Source: the human T2T-CHM13v2.0 reference genome, Homo sapiens. Taken from it: 64,000 bases of DNA. The position numbers and the translations under genes were made by a program. This document shows positions 58,950 through 64,000 of this stretch, piece after piece. Position 1 is the first letter of the stretch, and every line of letters begins with the position of its first letter. A model generated the notes under the pieces. It was not told where the DNA came from. It saw only the letters and a list, made by a program, of their open reading frames with translations, and made no database searches. The stretch lies in assembly GCF_009914755.1 (NCBI RefSeq), contig NC_060936.1. One strand, given 5' to 3'.

Positions 58950-61393
58950 TAAATGAACAGGCCTCCCTCTGGGAGACACACCTCTGGCATGTCATGGTAA
59001 AGGTAAAATAGAGGTAAAATAAGGTTCTAACAAAGCTCTCCTGGTGTCCCCAACATAAAGCCTTTTTTAAATGCTGCTGGAAGGATCTGCCTACTTCTGC
59101 ATTCCACACTGCAGTAGGTGCTGTTATATATTAAGACCCCAATGAACAAAGCATTTTCAGTAATGGTATTTCTCCCAGTCCTTTGTCTATACATACAAAT
59201 TTGCTGAGCCGCCTGTATTTATCATCCCCATGTTTGGTGCTATATATTAATAATGTTGAACAACAGATTTATAGACAAGGCATTAGACACTGAAATTAGA
59301 CTCACACTAAGACTTTCATATCTTACTGCACTATTTGTTATACTTTTGAGAGCAACTTTTATATGCCCACTCTTTCTTAATTTATAAGCTAGAAGAGAGA
59401 GCCATCATTTTATATTCCTGGTGGTACATTTTATATTCTGTCAGTACCACCAAACAAGAAACAGCTTGCTAGGACTCCAGGTCCCTTGGAGAATTCCTCC
59501 AAAGCATTGATAGTCAGGGAAGCCCTCTAGTCACTACTCTGACATGTATTGCTTATATATTGAATTTTTGCTTAAGCTCAAGAGATTGTAGTTGGATGAT
59601 TGAATGGCTCAATGGAATCTCATTGCTTTTTGCCCCCTCTCTCTGAGGGAGATGCTTTTCCAAAAAGCCTCATTGGCTAGACTACATTTCCACTGAAAAG
59701 AAGGGTTTCCCTTCTCTAATCCATGATACAAGCCTGCTAGTAATCCTTTGACAATATTCAAATGGCTATCCCACACCTTCAGGTAGCCATTTACTGCTTA
59801 AAGCCATTGTATCACAGAAAACTTGGTTTATATCTGTTGGTTTCTATTTAAATTCCACTGACTCCACCCTGCCTACTACTTACATTTAAATATGCATTTA
59901 ATTGGATGGGAGTTTAGTCAAGCAAAGGTGGCAGATCTGTACCCGTCAGGCCATGTGGAATTGACTGTCACTCATTAAAGTTATCCTTAAGATAAAGATT
60001 TAAATCTATTTCATTTCCTTACTCAGTATCACTAAAGTAAATAGGACTAAGACACGGGTATTAAAGGAGATTTCCCAGCCAAGAACATTGACAGCTGAAA
60101 TATAATCAGTTTATAAGATTTATAATGCTATTGACTTTTCTTTTGCACCATAAATTTCACTGCTGACTCTGCCTGGGTTTTATTATAATATCATATCATA
60201 TTAGGGAGATCAGCTTTGCTGTTGATGAATGAAAATCACTGATATGAAAAAAAATTCCCATTATCAGCTCATCACCTAATCATATTAGCATCTTTGTATC
60301 CTATTATCAACTTTTTTATATGAAATAACATTTCCTAATGACAGGGATTTCACTAATGCTATATGAGTGTTGCTAATATCATTTGAGGGTTCTCATCATG
60401 CATGTCCTACTTGAAGGCAGAGTATATTTGTTTTCTACACAGACTTTGAAAAATGCAAATAGTGTTTAGCAATTCAGGCAAAAAAATTATGTTTTGTGAA
60501 AAACTATCCTCTTGATTAGCATTGAAGGCCCTTCACAATTTTGTCCCAACCTTTGATTGATAGTGTGACTCACAAATTTGAAGAAAGTTATAACAGATAG
60601 AAAAAAAAAAAACACTGCAAACCTGCTGAATGCAAAGTAGAATATATTTAACTTATTTAGTTGTCACTCATAATAGTTTCAAAGTCAAAGCACAGTAAAG
60701 TTCAGCCAAATTAATTCTTATGTGACACCTTGAATGTTTTATACCAAGTGTTTGTCAATGTCATCAAGTAAGAGGGTTTTTTACCTACTTTTTAGCGAAT
60801 GCCCAACTTTCTCAAAATGAATTGAAACTTGGTTTAAAAACAGCACCTTTGTGAAATTCATTTTTTAGAATGTGATCGAGTCATTGGAGTTGGTGGCTAT
60901 ATCTGCAAGATGCTGAACCAGCCAATCACCACAGCAATTCAGTTTGACAACCAGTCAATGCAGTGAGAAAATCAATTTCATCAGCTCATTGAACTGAACT
61001 GATGCCTGTGGACACATGCAAATCAAAGGCCCTGTGTGGCTTCCTCTCACTGCTAAGGCAGCTGCTTCTCTCTTACCATGGTGGGAAAAGGTTCCAACCC
61101 AGCTAGAATTCCCACAAAAGGGAAGCTTGGCTCTTTTGTGTATTTTTAAGCTCCCCTGGCATCTGACACCAAGCTAAGAGACATTTGCTAGGCAGCACCA
61201 GATATCTCTCCCAACCCACTCCAGCCCAGGGCTCAGGAGCACAATCCAGACTCCTTGGTGCTGTTCCCTGCCTACCCTGCTCATTTCCTGTAGAATTCAG
61301 GATTCACTTTTGGCTCTGCTGTGAGAGTATAATCTCTCTGTTTCACAAAATGACAGACAGAACAACTGCTCTCCAAAATTTCTTCCAAGGAGC

Positions 61394-61609
61394 TTTTTTT
61401 TTTTTTTTGAGACAGAGTGCCACTCTGTCACCCCAGCTGGAGTACAGTGGCACAATCACAGCTCACTGCAGCCTTGAATGCCTGGGCTCAAGCAATCCTC
61501 TCTCATCTCAGTCCCCCCTGTAGCTGGGATTACAGGCATGCACCACCATGCCCAGCTAATTTTTTTAAAATTTTTTGTAGAGATGGGGTCTCACAATGTT
61601 GCCCAGGCT
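61394..61609 (-). mobile_element. 5'-truncated AluJ
   Basis: Poly-T, right arm, part of left arm; TSD AAGGAGC. Confidence 0.85.
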
Positions 61610-61933
61610 AAAAAGGAGCCTATTTAAAAGGTTCTAATTACAGAGTCTCATACCTTGAAGGTCAGCCAGGAGATTCCAGGATTCCTAGAGTGGTTAGATA
61701 ATATAACTTGCCTGCTCTGTGGACCCTCCTTATATGTCTCTCACTGACATGTGAGTCCTTGAAATGAAGAGACCATGTCATTATAACCCATAAAATGACT
61801 GGCAGAGAATTCAAAGAGCTGAGGAATCAAAAAAGAAAAAAAACTGGCAGATCACAGAGTTTATTAAATATTGAATGGCTAGATTAATTAATTAATTAAT
61901 TAAAAGTAATGGATCTCAAACTTTAGTTGGCAT

Positions 61934-62210
61934 TTTTTTTCTTTTCTTTTCTTTTTTGAGATGGAGTCTTGCTCTGTCACCCAGGCTGGAGTGCAGTGGC
62001 GTGATCTTGGCTCACTGCAACCTCCGCCTCCTGGGTTCAAGTGATTTCTCAGCCTCCTGAGTAGCTGGGATTACAGGCACATGCCACCCCTTACAGACAG
62101 GGTTTCGCCATGTTGGCCAGACTAGTCTTGAACTTCTGACCCTCAGGTGATCTGCCTGCCTCGGCCTCCCAAAGTGCTGGGATTACAGGCGTGAGCCACC
62201 TTGCCCTGAC
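61934..62210 (-). mobile_element. AluS (linker deleted) inserted in a MER5-type element
   Basis: TSD TAGTTGGCATTTTTTT on both sides. Confidence 0.9.
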
Positions 62211-62660
62211 TAGTTGGCATTTTTTTTTAATCATCTGAAATCTTTTTAAATACAGATTCCTGGACTCCACCACCCCCAAAATCTTGTCTGAGAATAAGAA
62301 TTTTTGGATTGAGTGCAGGTATCTGAATTTTAACAAATAGCCTAACTGACATACTTTGATAAGTATCAGTTGTCTTCCACCAATCTGACCCATCTCTTAC
62401 TTCAAACAAACAAACAAAAAAAGACTATACACATGTTTGGTACAAGCCAAATTTTGCACCGAAATTTCTGCTGCAAGTATCTATTTTTGCTGTTGTTTCG
62501 ATGCATTACTTATTTAAGCCTAGAATAGTCAAGCATTTAAAGCATATGTCCAGCCCTGAGTTCCATTGGAAATTAGTTGGGAAGGCATCCCCAGTGAATG
62601 TGTGCAAATATTTTCACACAGAATATCAGAAAGTCTTCATAAATGTCTCCCTTTAGTTGA

Positions 62661-62975
62661 TTTTTTTTTTTTTGAGACAGAATCTCACTGTGTCGCCCAG
62701 GCTGGAGTACAGTGGCACAATCTCAGCTCACTGCAACCTTCATCTCTCCTCACTGCAACCTCCATCTCTAGGGTTCAAAGGATTCTTGTGCCTCAGCCTC
62801 CTGAGTAGCTGGAACTACAGGTGCGCCACCACGCCTGGCTGATTTTTGTATTTTTAGTAGAGACGGGGTTTCACCATGTTGGCCAGGCTTGTCTTGAACT
62901 CCTGGCCTCAAGTGATCTGCCCGCCTTGTCTTCCAAAAGTTCTGGGATTACAGGCGTGAGCCACTGCGCCCAGCC
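62661..62975 (-). mobile_element. AluS with a 22-bp internal tandem duplication
   Basis: Antisense dimer; TSD TTAGTTG. Confidence 0.9.
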
Positions 62976-63329
62976 TTAGTTGGCTTTTTGAGTTACCTCT
63001 GCATTGACATATTTCCAGATGTTCAGCAGAAGAAAACTGCCCACCTTTAGGAAGAGGTGAGAGGAGTCACAGGGAAGCCTAGTTACACTGTGAGGCGAGT
63101 GAGCAGCAGAGAGTGAGAGGAAGCAAGCTGAAACCAGCTGGGAGCAAGACAGTGTAGCCAAGATGAGGAAGCTAAAAATGTCACTCCTGCAGCTTGTTCA
63201 GCTCCTCCTAGCAAGAGGAGTCGCTCCCTGTCCGTGCCCCTATTCTGATGTGGATATGTCTCTATTACAGAGTTTTTTACAGCAAAGTGTACTTCACTGT
63301 CTCTCCCGGGCAGTAAGCTCCTTCCAGAT

Positions 63330-63590
63330 GGAGCTGTGGCTGACAGTATCATGGTTAAAAGTTTGTTCTCCAGGCAGACCCCAAATTCAAATCCAGATCT
63401 GCCACTTATTGGCTGTGAGAGCTTGGCAACTTATCCTCCTAACCTCAGCTGTCTCATCTGCAAAATGGACACAATAATAACTCCCCTAGAGGGACGGTTC
63501 CATGGATTAAGTGAGATAATCCACATAAACTTCTTAGCAAGCTTTCACTGTAAGTGTTTAATAAATGTTAGTTCTTATAAATTATTATTT
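63330..63590 (+). mobile_element. MIR
   Basis: TTCAAATCCAGATCTGCCACTTATTGGCTGTG...CCTCAGCTGTCTCATCTGCAAAATGG. Confidence 0.8.
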
Positions 63591-64000
63591 GACATGGTGG
63601 ATCATGTGATCCACCTGCCTCAGCCTCCCAAAGTGCTGGGATTACAGATGTGCTGCCACCTCGCCCTGCCCAAAGTTAATATTTTGAGTTTCTTGTACTG
63701 ACTGGGGACACTGTTAGGAGCAGGGTTTAAGAGTCTGTTTAAAACTCTCCAGGGAGCACAGGTGTCCCCTAGCCTCCCTCCAACCTGAGGAAAAGGGGCT
63801 TTGATGAGGGTGTAGGGCTAAAGGGGTTTCCAGAGATACACCTGGGCTGCAAGGCTCCAGGGCAGGGGTGTAAGAATGGTGGTGGGGCCAGCAGGTTACA
63901 GCCTCAGGGCTGACTGCTACTCTCCCCTGCTAGCCTGTGAGGCTGGTGTCATAGGAAGGCTCGAGCTGCTTCCAAGTTGGTCCAAGTTACTTGGAGGAAC

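Noticed and set aside
61883-61903. (TTAA)5 palindromic run
   Set aside because: Short simple repeat, common in primate DNA

Overview
Primate (hominoid, most likely human) intergenic or intronic DNA dominated by transposable-element fossils. No host protein-coding exon, RNA gene or CRISPR array could be supported. The main feature is a full-length ~6.18 kb minus-strand L1PA3/4-type LINE-1 (19062-25243) with a perfect 15-bp TSD, the ~128-bp ZNF93-binding 5'UTR segment, disrupted ORF1/ORF2, an intact endonuclease reading frame and an extended antisense ORF0. Also present: two 5'-truncated L1PA copies, about 19 Alus, MaLR/ERVL LTRs, hAT MITEs, L1M/L2/CR1/MIR fossils, microsatellites (including 15 consecutive GGAA units) and a CpG-rich CCAAT/X-box promoter-like patch near 44.3-44.9 kb. 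Structure that repeat annotation alone does not explain: a 111-bp non-repeat duplication 3 kb apart and several locally templated inversion/duplication scars. No new biological system is demonstrated. Subfamily names come from recalled consensus motifs, not from a RepeatMasker run.
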